Below, one piece after another: positions 54,348 to 64,000 of a DNA stretch of 64,000 nt (its first letter is position 1; each line of letters opens with the position of its first letter). The stretch spans positions 71,223 through 135,222 of the forward strand of contig CAYWWW010000002.1 in NCBI GenBank assembly GCA_964462205.1, in the 5' to 3' direction. Source of the DNA: an uncultured Cardiobacteriales bacterium (lineage in GTDB: Bacteria; Pseudomonadota; Gammaproteobacteria; CAYWWW01). A program made the position numbers and the translations under genes. A model generated the notes under the pieces. That model saw only the letters and a list, made by a program, of their open reading frames with translations, was not told where the DNA came from and did no database searches.

Positions 54348-54902
54348 TCAATCAAGGTAACTTTGCCAAAGGTCGGCAAGTTTATTCTGCGCCAGGAGCA
54401 AACCTTCAGCAATTTCCCGTACTGCGCCAGCGCCACCGCTGTGGGTGGTTTGCCAATGGCTATGTGCTTTGACCAAAGGATGCGCGTTAGCAACGCTGAT
54501 GGCCAAACCGACACGGGTCATCACTGATAAGTCCACTACATCATCGCCAACAAAGGCTAGATGCTTAGCGGGTAATTGCCAAGCGGCGCAGAGTGCTTCA
54601 AATGCGGGAAGTTTTTTTCGGTAGCCTTGATAAACATCACTGATGCCCAAGTCTTGCATCCGATGCGCTACTACTTGTGAAGAACGTCCGGTGATAATCC
54701 CTAAGCGAAAGCCTTGTTCTAACAGCAAACGCAGCCCATGACCATCCAAGGCATGAAAGGATTTATATTCCTGACCATCATCACCAAGATAGAGACGGCC
54801 ATCGGTCAATACCCCGTCAACATCAAAAATAATCCCACGAATATCTTTAGCTTGTTCTGGAATATTTTGTTTACTAAGGGAAAAAGTTGAGAGTCGGTTC
54901 AT
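54348..54902 (-). CDS. kdsC: 3-deoxy-D-manno-octulosonate 8-phosphate phosphatase
   Basis: HAD motif I IIFDVDGVLTDG; 184 aa; kdsD-kdsC order. Confidence 0.9.
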   Translation of the reverse strand: MNRLSTFSLSKQNIPEQAKDIRGIIFDVDGVLTDGRLYLGDDGQEYKSFHALDGHGLRLLLEQGFRLGIITGRSSQVVAHRMQDLGISDVYQGYRKKLPAFEALCAAWQLPAKHLAFVGDDVVDLSVMTRVGLAISVANAHPLVKAHSHWQTTHSGGAGAVREIAEGLLLAQNKLADLWQSYLD

Positions 54903-55873
54903 GATAATCCAGCGCGTAAAATATCTTGAAGGTGAATAATGCCTTGCACAGTTCCTTGTGTATCCGTAACAGGAAGAATTTGAATGGCTTTTTCTTTTAA
55001 TAATTGTAAAGCGCTATAGGCCAGTGTCTCGCGGTCAACGGTCACTGGTGTGACGGTCATCCACAGGTCAATGGGTGCCTTGAGGTCGAGGTTTGGCAAA
55101 GCACGACGTAGATCACCATCGGTAAAAATACCTTGTAAAATATTCTCTTGAGAGATAACCAACACCGCACCCAAACGCTTGGCAGTCATTTCGACTAAGG
55201 CTTGTTGTAAGCTAGTTCCAGGTAAAATTCTTGGTAAATCCTCATCTTGGTGCATGATGTCAGCTACCCGCAGCCATAAACGTTTTCCTAAGGCACCACC
55301 GGGATGACTCAAGGCAAAATCCTCCTTGCCAAAACCTTGTTCTTCCGACAAGGCAATGGCTAAGGCATCGCCCAAAGCCAACATCGCTGTGGTGCTGGCT
55401 GTTGGTGCCAAGCCTAATTGACAAGCTTCTTGGGAAATCACCACTGGCAAAACCGCGGCGGCTTGTTTGGCCAATGGGCTGTCAAGATTGCCAGTAATCG
55501 CCAATAACGGACAGCCAATGCGTTGTAATGCTGGTAATAAATTGACAATTTCTGCTGTCGTACCGGAATAGGATAAAACAATCAGCACATCATCACGGCA
55601 AATCATGCCTAAGTCGCCGTGTGCAGCCTCGCCAGCATGAACAAAAAAGGCTGGACTGCCGGTAGAAGCCAAGGTTGCGGCCAATTTACTGCCGATATGT
55701 CCTGATTTGCCGATGCCAAGCACGACCAAACGGCCGCGACAGCCAGCGCAAAGGCGAAAGGCTTGCTGAAAACGCGTTGGTGTCAAGGCACGGCGGCTTT
55801 CGATAAGCGCTTGTTCTTCCAGTGCTAATACCCGGCAGGCAATATTATAAAGCTGATCTTCTTGATTTATCAT
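54899..55873 (-). CDS. kdsD: arabinose-5-phosphate isomerase
   Basis: start trimmed to the ATG at 55873; SIS domain (VVLGIGKSGHIGSKLAATLASTGSPAFFVH) followed by tandem CBS-like region. Confidence 0.85.
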   Translation of the reverse strand: MINQEDQLYNIACRVLALEEQALIESRRALTPTRFQQAFRLCAGCRGRLVVLGIGKSGHIGSKLAATLASTGSPAFFVHAGEAAHGDLGMICRDDVLIVLSYSGTTAEIVNLLPALQRIGCPLLAITGNLDSPLAKQAAAVLPVVISQEACQLGLAPTASTTAMLALGDALAIALSEEQGFGKEDFALSHPGGALGKRLWLRVADIMHQDEDLPRILPGTSLQQALVEMTAKRLGAVLVISQENILQGIFTDGDLRRALPNLDLKAPIDLWMTVTPVTVDRETLAYSALQLLKEKAIQILPVTDTQGTVQGIIHLQDILRAGLS

Positions 55874-55881
55874 TTTGATTT

Positions 55882-56769
55882 TTATAAGTTTTTGTCCGAG
55901 CGGTGCAAGGCCAGTATGGCTTCCTGGCTTGACAAGCGTGGCTTGAAATCTAAAAGTTTTTCGGAAGAAGTGCAATCCATGATTAAACTATGCTCAGCAT
56001 GATGAAACCAGTGCGGATCAGCGCTTGCATCATCCCAATCCCCTAAAAATTGCAAAGTTTGCTTAAATAGCCAAACTGGCATTGGCCAAGCAATACCATG
56101 ATAATACTTGATATAATCTTGCCAAGTTAAAGCGGGTTGCGCACTTAAACAAAAATTACCGGTTAATTGTCGTGACACCAAGGCCAAAATGCCTTGTGCA
56201 GCATCGCTAGTGGCTAGACAAGAAAATTTTCCAGGATGTTGAAAATTTGGATAAAAAGGTAAAGCAAGCATCCTCGCTACCATGATTTGCAGGGGTTGAC
56301 CTAAAAGCATTGGCAGCCGCAAACTTGCTGTTTTTAAAGAAGATAAATTAAGATTTGCCAAATATTGTTCAACGGCAATTTTATCTTGCGCGTAAGGAAA
56401 GCGACTATGGGTTAATTCCGCGGCAATGCTTGAAATAAAGAGCAGGTAGGATAGGCCAAAGTCAGCAGCTAGGGAAAAAAGTCTTTGACTTTGTTGAACA
56501 TTTTGGAAAAATCGCCAACGTGCACGATTGGGATGCTGGCTGCGCATTCCCCCTAATAAAAAAGCGCTATGCAGACAAATATCACTTTTTCGTAAAGCGT
56601 GCAGTGCTGGCGGCGCAGAAAAATCGCTTTGAATATGCAAATAATTTCGATGTTTGACATGGTGCGCCGGTCGTTTATCAATGCCAAAAACAAAATAACC
56701 AGCTTTTAATAAAGCGGGTAATAGATAATAAGCCAAACTACCGCTGGCACCCGTTAAAAAGATTTTCAT
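55882..56769 (-). CDS. NAD-dependent epimerase/dehydratase family protein
   Basis: N-terminal Rossmann motif IFLTGASGSLA; YAQDK (YxxxK) catalytic motif; 295 aa. Confidence 0.6.
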   Translation of the reverse strand: MKIFLTGASGSLAYYLLPALLKAGYFVFGIDKRPAHHVKHRNYLHIQSDFSAPPALHALRKSDICLHSAFLLGGMRSQHPNRARWRFFQNVQQSQRLFSLAADFGLSYLLFISSIAAELTHSRFPYAQDKIAVEQYLANLNLSSLKTASLRLPMLLGQPLQIMVARMLALPFYPNFQHPGKFSCLATSDAAQGILALVSRQLTGNFCLSAQPALTWQDYIKYYHGIAWPMPVWLFKQTLQFLGDWDDASADPHWFHHAEHSLIMDCTSSEKLLDFKPRLSSQEAILALHRSDKNL

Positions 56770-56781
56770 AGTTCATCACAT

Positions 56782-56818
56782 AAAAAGGGAGCCTTGGCTC
56801 CCCTTCACTTTTTTTTAA
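56782..56818 (-). terminator. intrinsic terminator downstream of dps
   Basis: hairpin GGGAGCC..GGCTCCC flanked by an A-run and a T-run; read on the minus strand it is followed by TTTTTA. Confidence 0.6.
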
Positions 56819-56832
56819 ACATTATGAACGTC

Positions 56833-57276
56833 TTATTTTTGATCCAGCGCGTAACCCAACATCCAAAGATTTTTTTCTAACCAAGCGATATGGCCAGTCA
56901 TCACATCGGTCGTGGTAATATCTTTTTCGGCTTCAGCAGCAGCAAATAAGGCTTTGGCTTCGGCCAATAAGGCTTGAAAATCGGCTTGAATAGATTGTAA
57001 AACTTCGGTCGCAGTAAAGTTTTCGCGTGTTTCTTCGGCAATGGTGGCCAAGCTTAAGTATTCTTTGACGGTTGCTGCTGGTTTACAACCCAATTGCAAC
57101 ATGCGCTCGGCTACATCGTCAAAAATTTTAAAGAAGTAATTATAAAAACCTTCAGTCATTTCATGGACAGCAAAAAACTGCAAGCCTTTGACATTCCAAT
57201 GATATTTATGAAGTTTAATGCCGATGACATGAAAATCCGCTAACATTTTTTGCATGGTGTCGCTATAGTTAGGCAT
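56833..57276 (-). CDS. dps: Dps family DNA-binding ferritin-like protein
   Basis: 147 aa; ferroxidase-centre region HWNVKGLQFFAVHEMTE..FDDVAERM typical of Dps. Confidence 0.85.
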   Translation of the reverse strand: MPNYSDTMQKMLADFHVIGIKLHKYHWNVKGLQFFAVHEMTEGFYNYFFKIFDDVAERMLQLGCKPAATVKEYLSLATIAEETRENFTATEVLQSIQADFQALLAEAKALFAAAEAEKDITTTDVMTGHIAWLEKNLWMLGYALDQK

Positions 57277-57441
57277 GGTGCTACTCCTAGTAGTAAGTGA
57301 AAAATAAATGATGTCAAAAAATCAAAATTATCATGGTGCTGTATCGTGTGCCATGTCGAAACAGTGCTTACCATAAGCCTTTTTTACCGCTATGCCAAGT
57401 AAAATCATGCATGATAATTCCAATGGCAATAATTGTTTTGC

Positions 57442-58497
57442 TCAACTTATCTTATTTTCTTGTGGCTGGGTTTGATATTCGGGCATGATTTCGCGGTGAA
57501 AATAATCCAGATGTGTCAGCACCAATTCGGCATCTACCGCGCCAGCACCAATAGCCGAAACGAGGTGTGTTACCCCAGCTTTCTGCAATTTTTCAATGAC
57601 TTTTTTACAGTCAGTAGCATTGCCGACCATAACCATTCCCAGCGCTTGTAAGAGTTCCAAGGAAATGCCAGCGCTTAAAAATTGTTCAAAAAGATGAAAG
57701 CGATGGTAATAATTATAACCTTCATATAAATTTTTTAATAAAGGTCGTGTTTGTTCGAGTAAGGCTTTATAAAACCATTCCAATGCCGGTTTTGCCGCTT
57801 GCCAAGCGGCTTGCCGATTGGGCAGGCAGAGGCTGCCAAGGGTCACGGCAATGCGCGGCGGTTCAGGCCAAGCCCACTGTTTAAGAAATTGCTTGATGTC
57901 CGCTTCAATCATAAACCACGGCTTAAACGGGCCGATTAACACCCCTAAACCTTCTTTCGCAGCAAAAACAAAACTTTCTGGACTCGCCGCTGCCGTCCAC
58001 AATGGCGGCAATTGTTGCAAAGGTTGGGGTAAAACGGTTAAGGGTATGCCTTGGTAGTCCACTTGATCTTTTCCAGACCAGGCTTTTTTAAGCCATTGTA
58101 AATGTTCAAAAGTAATGGAGCGGCTATCTCCCATACTTTGTGAAAAAACTTGGTATTCTTCCGGGGAGAAACCACGGCCAATACCGACTTCTAAGCGTCC
58201 CTCCGATAATACATCTAAAGTTCCCAAACGCTCGGCAACCCGCAAGGGATGATGGTAGGGTAAAGGTACCACGCCATAACCTAAACGTAAGGTTTTGGTT
58301 TTGGCCGCCAAATAGCTTAAAAAAACATCCGGGGCACTGGAATGCGAAAAGGCCGGCATAAAATGATGTTCAACCAGCCAGATGCCATGAAAACCAAAGG
58401 CTTCCGCTTGCTGTGCTTCTAAAATTGTCCGTTGAAAAACGCTTTTTTCGCTTTGTCCTGGGAGAACCGATAATTCATAAAAAAGATCGAAATACAT
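57442..58497 (-). CDS. LLM-class flavin-dependent oxidoreductase (luciferase-like monooxygenase)
   Basis: 351 aa; N-terminal pattern FGFHGIWLVEHHF and GRLEVGIGRG typical of the luciferase-like family. Confidence 0.75.
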   Translation of the reverse strand: MYFDLFYELSVLPGQSEKSVFQRTILEAQQAEAFGFHGIWLVEHHFMPAFSHSSAPDVFLSYLAAKTKTLRLGYGVVPLPYHHPLRVAERLGTLDVLSEGRLEVGIGRGFSPEEYQVFSQSMGDSRSITFEHLQWLKKAWSGKDQVDYQGIPLTVLPQPLQQLPPLWTAAASPESFVFAAKEGLGVLIGPFKPWFMIEADIKQFLKQWAWPEPPRIAVTLGSLCLPNRQAAWQAAKPALEWFYKALLEQTRPLLKNLYEGYNYYHRFHLFEQFLSAGISLELLQALGMVMVGNATDCKKVIEKLQKAGVTHLVSAIGAGAVDAELVLTHLDYFHREIMPEYQTQPQENKIS

Positions 58498-58527
58498 TTC
58501 TTTATTTTGGCCTGAAAAGTAAGCGGG

Positions 58528-59589
58528 TTATTTTATTAAATTCTGCTCTAAATTTCTTTGTAAATCATGACCAATAGCTTGAATCAGTCTTGGTCCACGA
58601 TAGATAAAACCCGTGTATAACTGTAGTAATGTGGCACCAGCCTTTAATTTTTCTCGGGCATCTTCTGCTGTAAAGATGCCGCCGGCGGCGATAATGGGAA
58701 AGTTTTCCGGTAGATAGCCGCGTAATTCTCGAAGGATGGCCGTGCTTGGCAAAAATAAAGGTTTACCGCTTAAACCACCGCTTTCTTGCACATGTTTTTC
58801 TGGTGAAAGCCTGTCGCGTGCAATGGTAGTGTTGGTAGCAATAATCCCATCCCATTGATAGTTAATGATTAAATCACAAATATTTTTCAGTTCTTCTGCG
58901 GATAAATCTGGAGCAATTTTTAACAATAATGGTTTTTTAAACGCAAATTTTTCGCTTAATGCTTGCCTAGTTTTTGTTATCCCTGCCAAAAGCCTTTCCA
59001 ATTGCTCACCAAATTGTAAGGTACGCAAATCCGCCGTATTGGGAGAGGAGATATTGATGGTGAAATAATCAGCAGCAAGATAGGCTTGCGTTAAACCAAA
59101 TTGATAATCCACCACAGCATTAGCAAGGGGGGTATCTTTATTTTTGCCAAGATTGATACCAAGAATAACGTTTGGCCGATTTTTTGCATTGAGATGCGTG
59201 ACAGCAGCGTTAATACCTTGGTTATTAAAACCCATTCGGTTAATAATTGCTTGATTTTTCGGTAAACGAAATAAGCGTGGTTTTGCATTACCAGGTTGCG
59301 GAAGCGGGGTTAAGGTGCCGATTTCAATAAAACCAAAACCAAATTTTGCTAGACTGTGAAGATATTTACCATCCTTATCAAAGCCAGCCGCTAAGCCAAT
59401 TGGGTTTAAAAAATGTAAACCAAAACAGTCAACTGGTGCGATTGGCGTGGGATTGCGCGGCAGAAATTGGCTGGCGCTGAGGCTTAAATGATGCGCGATT
59501 TCTGGAGGTAGTGAAAAAAGCATCGGCTTCGCCAAGTCGTATAAATGATTTAAAAGGCTAAACGAAGGCTTTGGGTCTTGATTACGCAT
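58528..59589 (-). CDS. pyrD: dihydroorotate dehydrogenase (quinone), class 2
   Basis: NPIGLAAGFDKDG, IEIGTLTP, NRMGFNN, GINLGKNK, INISSPNT and ATNTT motifs parallel E. coli PyrD as recalled; start taken at the second ATG (59589). Confidence 0.85.
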   Translation of the reverse strand: MRNQDPKPSFSLLNHLYDLAKPMLFSLPPEIAHHLSLSASQFLPRNPTPIAPVDCFGLHFLNPIGLAAGFDKDGKYLHSLAKFGFGFIEIGTLTPLPQPGNAKPRLFRLPKNQAIINRMGFNNQGINAAVTHLNAKNRPNVILGINLGKNKDTPLANAVVDYQFGLTQAYLAADYFTINISSPNTADLRTLQFGEQLERLLAGITKTRQALSEKFAFKKPLLLKIAPDLSAEELKNICDLIINYQWDGIIATNTTIARDRLSPEKHVQESGGLSGKPLFLPSTAILRELRGYLPENFPIIAAGGIFTAEDAREKLKAGATLLQLYTGFIYRGPRLIQAIGHDLQRNLEQNLIK

Positions 59590-60238
59590 GGCGCTGGTCT
59601 GGCTTTTGCGCAATCATGCGCACAACGGAGGCAAGTCCTTGATGACCTAGCCCTTCTTGAAGAAAAGTTTCTTTTTCTGCCAGATAAATCATTTTGTAAT
59701 CGGAGAAATCTTGCCTTAGACGTTCTAAACTATACAAAAAATCAATGTTGCGTGGTCCACCGCTTTCATGTTTCTGTTGATAGTCAAGTTGTCGTTTGCT
59801 AAATACTTCAAAAATCGCTAATCCAGACGGAGAAAGATGCTTTTTGATCAGTTCGTGTAAAATTATCTGCATTTTTTCAGAAAGATGCAGATAGATGACG
59901 ATAATAATAGAAAAAGTTTCGTCTGGCCAAACGCTCGACTCAACAACATTCCCCTGCAACCAATGCAGGCTACAGTTACGCTGCTGTGCTAGGGTTTGCG
60001 ACTTGCTGATAGCAACCGTAGAAATATCTATCGCCGTGACCGCAAAGCCTTTTTCCGCTAGCCAAACCCCATTACGGCCTTCACCATCGCCAAGCAACAG
60101 GGCTTTTTTTGGCAGGTCAGGATTGCAAAAAATGTTTTTAGAGCAGGCTTCTTGTAAAAAAGCATTGGCTTCGGTGCCGTAGTAATAATCACTGGTTTCA
60201 GAAAACTTCTCGTCCCAGAAAATTTTGGTATTTTCCAT
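59582..60238 (-). CDS. class I SAM-dependent methyltransferase
   Basis: motif I LLLGDGEGRNGVWLAEKG and post-I AIDIS; 218 aa. Confidence 0.6.
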   Translation of the reverse strand: MENTKIFWDEKFSETSDYYYGTEANAFLQEACSKNIFCNPDLPKKALLLGDGEGRNGVWLAEKGFAVTAIDISTVAISKSQTLAQQRNCSLHWLQGNVVESSVWPDETFSIIIVIYLHLSEKMQIILHELIKKHLSPSGLAIFEVFSKRQLDYQQKHESGGPRNIDFLYSLERLRQDFSDYKMIYLAEKETFLQEGLGHQGLASVVRMIAQKPDQRHA

Positions 60239-60368
60239 AAGTTAGAACTTTAAAAAAGTAGAAAAAATTTTTTACAACAAACTTTTTTCAGCAAAGTGAC
60301 TTGATGAGGTCTTGAGAGATGTTGCTTTTCGTAGAAGCAAAGATTCTGAAAAGAAATGAGAAAAATTA

Positions 60369-60441
60369 TGTCCTGGATAGGAGTTGAACCTATGACCTTC
60401 CCCTTAGGAGGGGGACGCTCTATCCACTGAGCTACCAAGAC
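60369..60441 (-). tRNA. tRNA-Arg (anticodon CCT)
   Basis: minus-strand sequence GTCTTGGTAGCTCAGTGGATAGAGCGTCCCCCTCCTAAGGGGAAGGTCATAGGTTCAACTCCTATCCAGGACA folds into a canonical cloverleaf with 7-bp acceptor stem; anticodon loop CTCCTAA; CCA not encoded. Confidence 0.85.
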
Positions 60442-60530
60442 AAGACTGATGAGGTTAGGCAAAAAGATAACCAGCGTCAAGTATTTGCTAGGGCTTCTTT
60501 ATGGATTTTTTGTTTACCAATGTAACCTAA

Positions 60531-62702
60531 ATGATAAATATGGTGGATTTGCAATTATTCTTACAAAATGATTTGAAAAAACAAAGTGATTGGCAGGCAT
60601 TATTTTTACAATATTTGCCGCCAACGTCGCGTTTTTGGAAAGTTTTTCCTGATGCTTGGCAAGTCTATGAACAAGGTTCTTCGCCGCAATATCCTTTTGG
60701 TGTAGTCGTGGCTAAAACGCTTTTGACTCTGCCCATAGATGAAAATATGTTAATTATTAGCTTGTTGGCAGATCGTCATTTAGAAAGTTTATGGCCGAAA
60801 TCCCGTTTAATAGCTGAATTTAATGAAGAGTTTTCAGATTTGGTTTTGGCAACCCGACGCTTAAATCAATTTAAGGATTCCCGTGGAGAAGATAATCCTG
60901 AACAACAGGAATTGCTGCGCAGGATGTTGATTGTTTTGGCAAAAGATGTTCGCGGTATGGTAGTAAAGCTCGCTTTTCGCTTGGAAAGGTTAAGAATTTT
61001 AGTGCGTGCCTCTGAAGAAGAGCAAAAAACAGTTGCCAAAGAAACTTTGGATTTATTTTCGCCGATAGCCAACCGTCTTGGACTCTTTGAATTCAAATGG
61101 CTTTTAGAGGATTTAGCCTTTCGTTATCTTGAGCCAAATTATTATAAATACATTGCAAATTTTTTAGATGAAAAACGTCAGGAACGCGAAGCCTATATGC
61201 GCCTGGCAACACTTGAAATTCATCAGGTTTTAGAATATGCCAATATTAAAACTTGTGAGGTCAGTGGCAGACCAAAACATATTTATAGTATTTTCAAAAA
61301 GATGAAGCGAAAAAATATTGATGTAAGCCAATTACAAGATTTGCGTGCTTTGCGTATTTTATTACCCGGCAGTGCTATAGCGCCTTGTTTTCAAGCCTTG
61401 GCGGTGGTGCATCAATTATGGCCACCATTACAAGCAATTGAAGATTATATTTCCTCACCTAAACCCAATGGTTATCAATCCTTACATACCGTGGTCTTAG
61501 GTCCACAGCAAAAAGTTTTAGAGGTGCAAATTCGCACGCAAGCCATGCACGAACATGCAGAATTTGGTGTGGCGGCGCATTGGCGCTACAAAGAAGGTTT
61601 GAGTATGGATCAAGCACTTTTAAATAATATCAATGCCTTGAGAAAGACTTTGGAAAATATGTCCACCACTGATGAAGATGATATCAGTGTTTTTTCTGCT
61701 GAATTAGCTTCGGATAGCATCTATGTTTTAACACCAAAAAATCAAGTTATTTCCTTACCACGCGGTGCCACAGCATTAGACTTTGCTTTTCATATTCATA
61801 CCGATTTAGGCTATCGTTGTCGTGGTGCAAAGGTGGATGGCAAAATTGTTCCCTTAAATACAACCTTAGTTACTGGAAATACAGTGGAAATATTAAGTGG
61901 TAAGCTAGATGCGCCACGTCCAGACTGGTTAAATCAGGAGAAAGGTTATCTACGAACGACACGCGCACGCAGTAAGGTGCGTTTATGGTTTCGCCAACAA
62001 GCACCGCAGCAAGAATGGAAAAAAATTCGTGATTGGTTAGAAGACCTTTGTCAAGAAAGTAAAAGTGGTTACAAAATAGCTGACGTAATCAAGCATTTCG
62101 CGCAAGGTAATAGCGATAAATTTTTTCAAAGCGTTCATAGTCGTATCATTAGTAAAGATGCAATTGAAGCCTTTCTAAAAATTACTCCACAAAATTTTTC
62201 GGTAGAGCGAAAATTTTCTGAAAAGAAGGAAAACGCACAAAAAACAGTTAAAAAAATTCTTTATGTTGCTGGTATTCCAGATGTTTTAACCAAAATGGCG
62301 CAATGTTGTCAGCCACAAGAAAAGGATGCTTTGGTGGCTTTTGTTAGTCATTATCGTGGGGTGGTTATTCATCGTAAAGATTGTCCGAATGTCAATAAAT
62401 TAGGCAAAGAACAAAGACGCAGACTCCTACCTGCTTATTGGGGTGAAGAAAATCAAGACAGCCTACAGATTATTGAAATTGAAGTTTTGGCTTTTGATCG
62501 CTATCGTTTACTTTCTGATATTTCAAAGGTTTTTTCAAATTGTCAATTGAATGTCTTAGAGACACATACCAAAACCAACCCGGCAAGTCGGGAAGTAAAT
62601 ATGTCATTTATTATTGAATATAAAGCATTTGATTTAGTAGAAAAAGCGCTAACTGCCATTCGACAATTAGCACAGGTTTGGCAAGCGGAATATATTATCT
62701 AA
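60531..62702 (+). CDS. relA: GTP pyrophosphokinase, (p)ppGpp synthetase I
   Basis: 723 aa; synthetase core GRPKHIYSI..PKPNGYQSLHTVVLGP..EVQIRT..GVAAHWRYKEG parallels E. coli RelA as recalled; no intact HD hydrolase His-Asp motif seen; TGS and ACT-like C-terminal regions. Confidence 0.8.
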   Translation: MINMVDLQLFLQNDLKKQSDWQALFLQYLPPTSRFWKVFPDAWQVYEQGSSPQYPFGVVVAKTLLTLPIDENMLIISLLADRHLESLWPKSRLIAEFNEEFSDLVLATRRLNQFKDSRGEDNPEQQELLRRMLIVLAKDVRGMVVKLAFRLERLRILVRASEEEQKTVAKETLDLFSPIANRLGLFEFKWLLEDLAFRYLEPNYYKYIANFLDEKRQEREAYMRLATLEIHQVLEYANIKTCEVSGRPKHIYSIFKKMKRKNIDVSQLQDLRALRILLPGSAIAPCFQALAVVHQLWPPLQAIEDYISSPKPNGYQSLHTVVLGPQQKVLEVQIRTQAMHEHAEFGVAAHWRYKEGLSMDQALLNNINALRKTLENMSTTDEDDISVFSAELASDSIYVLTPKNQVISLPRGATALDFAFHIHTDLGYRCRGAKVDGKIVPLNTTLVTGNTVEILSGKLDAPRPDWLNQEKGYLRTTRARSKVRLWFRQQAPQQEWKKIRDWLEDLCQESKSGYKIADVIKHFAQGNSDKFFQSVHSRIISKDAIEAFLKITPQNFSVERKFSEKKENAQKTVKKILYVAGIPDVLTKMAQCCQPQEKDALVAFVSHYRGVVIHRKDCPNVNKLGKEQRRRLLPAYWGEENQDSLQIIEIEVLAFDRYRLLSDISKVFSNCQLNVLETHTKTNPASREVNMSFIIEYKAFDLVEKALTAIRQLAQVWQAEYII

Positions 62703-62709
62703 ATGATTC

Positions 62710-63915
62710 CTAGCGACTAAAAAAGTGCCTTTTGCTTTTTAAGGCAATTATTTCCTCATAAAACTGTTGTAATTGTTCGGCCATCGCTAGTGCTGACCAG
62801 CGTTGAATATAGACGCTGGCTTCTTTTTTAAGCCTATTCTTTACCTCTGGATTGGTTAAAATTTCTGTAACTTTATCAGCAAAATAAACAGGATCATCTT
62901 CTGAAATTAAAGCACCACTGTGTTCCTGTAAAATATCTTTGGTTCCCATCACCGATAAAGCTACCACCGGCGTACCAACGGCTAATGCTTCCAATAATAC
63001 TAAGCCTTGGGTTTCGGTTCTGGATGCAAAAACAAAGGCATCCGCAGCACTGCATAATTCTTGTACACCCTGCTCACGATCCAGATAACCTAAAAATAAA
63101 ATATGTTCTTGAATTTCAAGCTGTGCAGTTAAGCGCCGGAGATGAACTTCCGCTGGACCTTGCCCGGCAATTGCCAATAAAATATTTGGGAAGGTTTTGG
63201 TTAATAATTTAACTACCTGTAATAAAAAATCTATATTCTTCTCAAAAGCCACGCGACCGACAAAAGCTAATAAAGGTCTTTGGCTATCAATTTGATATTT
63301 TTGGCGAAAAGTCATCGGTTCACGTCGTGAAAAACGACTTAGATCAATACCAGTTGGCAAAACGCGCAACGGTTTTCGCACGCCGTAGCGATGTAATACT
63401 TTGGCAATCATCTGACTGGGTACAATAATACCTTGTGCGCGTTGACAATGTCGCCGTGCTAGATAGCGGGTAAATAAACGCAGTGGCCGTTGTGGCATAA
63501 AGGGAAAGTAATGCTGCAAGTATTCTTCAAAAAGGGTGTGATAGCTTAAAACTAAGGGAATTTTCAACCGACGTTTTAAGCGCACACCGAGCATTTGTGC
63601 AACAAATGGCGTTTGTACATGAATCAGATCAAATTTTTCTTCTTTTAACTTACGCCAATTAAGCAAAATATTGCGAACTTTCATGATTCGATCTTCAGGA
63701 TCAAATTCTATTTTTCGGGACGGCAAACGGATAATATCTTCTTCACTTTCTATAATATTGATGTTTTTTTCATTTTCTTCATCAACCCCATAATCTGGCA
63801 CAATCAACACCACTCTGTGACCAAGTTTTTGTAATTCATGCCGAAAAGTTTGAATAGAACTGGAGACCCCATTGACGCGGGGAAAATAAACATCGCTTAT
63901 CATCAAAATTTTCAT
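62710..63915 (-). CDS. glycosyltransferase family 4 (GT-B fold, group 1)
   Basis: start trimmed to the ATG at 63915 (MKILMISDVYFPRVNGV); E-x7-E region FASRTETQGLVLLEALAVG. Confidence 0.7.
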   Translation of the reverse strand: MKILMISDVYFPRVNGVSSSIQTFRHELQKLGHRVVLIVPDYGVDEENEKNINIIESEEDIIRLPSRKIEFDPEDRIMKVRNILLNWRKLKEEKFDLIHVQTPFVAQMLGVRLKRRLKIPLVLSYHTLFEEYLQHYFPFMPQRPLRLFTRYLARRHCQRAQGIIVPSQMIAKVLHRYGVRKPLRVLPTGIDLSRFSRREPMTFRQKYQIDSQRPLLAFVGRVAFEKNIDFLLQVVKLLTKTFPNILLAIAGQGPAEVHLRRLTAQLEIQEHILFLGYLDREQGVQELCSAADAFVFASRTETQGLVLLEALAVGTPVVALSVMGTKDILQEHSGALISEDDPVYFADKVTEILTNPEVKNRLKKEASVYIQRWSALAMAEQLQQFYEEIIALKSKRHFFSR

Positions 63916-64000
63916 AGCCTTTTCCCTTACCACGGATAAATACAGCAAAAATATTTTGGACAAAGCTACTATAAAGAAATTTTGAGAAAACTGCGACTCC

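Overview
64-kb chromosomal segment from a Gram-negative proteobacterium with AT-rich intergenic regions. Gene order and protein similarity point to a gamma- or betaproteobacterium, but no species call is possible from sequence alone. I support about 60 protein-coding genes, two tRNAs on the minus strand (Leu-CAA, Arg-CCT), seven intrinsic terminators and a few repeat or motif elements. I found no transposase, integrase, phage genes or CRISPR array. Most of the window is housekeeping in two conserved blocks: rne / rluC-HAD-sppA-[two receiver proteins]-maf-yceD-rpmF-plsX-fabH, and (minus strand) epimerase-kdsD-kdsC-lptC-lptA-lptB-rpoN-ptsN-hprK-like-rapZ-EIIA(Man)-HPr. Other recognisable genes include glgP, an RND efflux pair, two U32-family RNA-hydroxylation paralogues, grxD, sodB, a BolA-family gene, fbpA-like, SCO1, prmB, hpt plus an MTAP-family phosphorylase, coaD, rsmD, an M16 peptidase pair, phhB, orn, uvrC, pgsA, queA, bioF-like, a FadL-family porin, dps, pyrD and relA. 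No known defence or mobile system stands out. The best candidates for something undescribed are (1) tandem stand-alone receiver-domain proteins with uncharacterised C-terminal tails inserted between sppA and maf, (2) a secreted papain-fold cysteine peptidase co-oriented with a secreted MORN-repeat protein, and (3) a recurring palindromic motif AGCATCCCAATGCC, twice preceded by phased A-tract arrays, upstream of rpmF, at the bioF start and in the rne leader. Also noted: a c-type cytochrome gene split by a homopolymer frameshift and overlapping phhB, a mini HprK-like ORF, a 15-16-nt direct repeat flanking fbpA, and a probable gene remnant in a 440-bp gap. All calls rest on reading the translated ORFs and DNA by eye; no database search was run, and hand-placed coordinates for non-CDS features may be off by a nucleotide or two.
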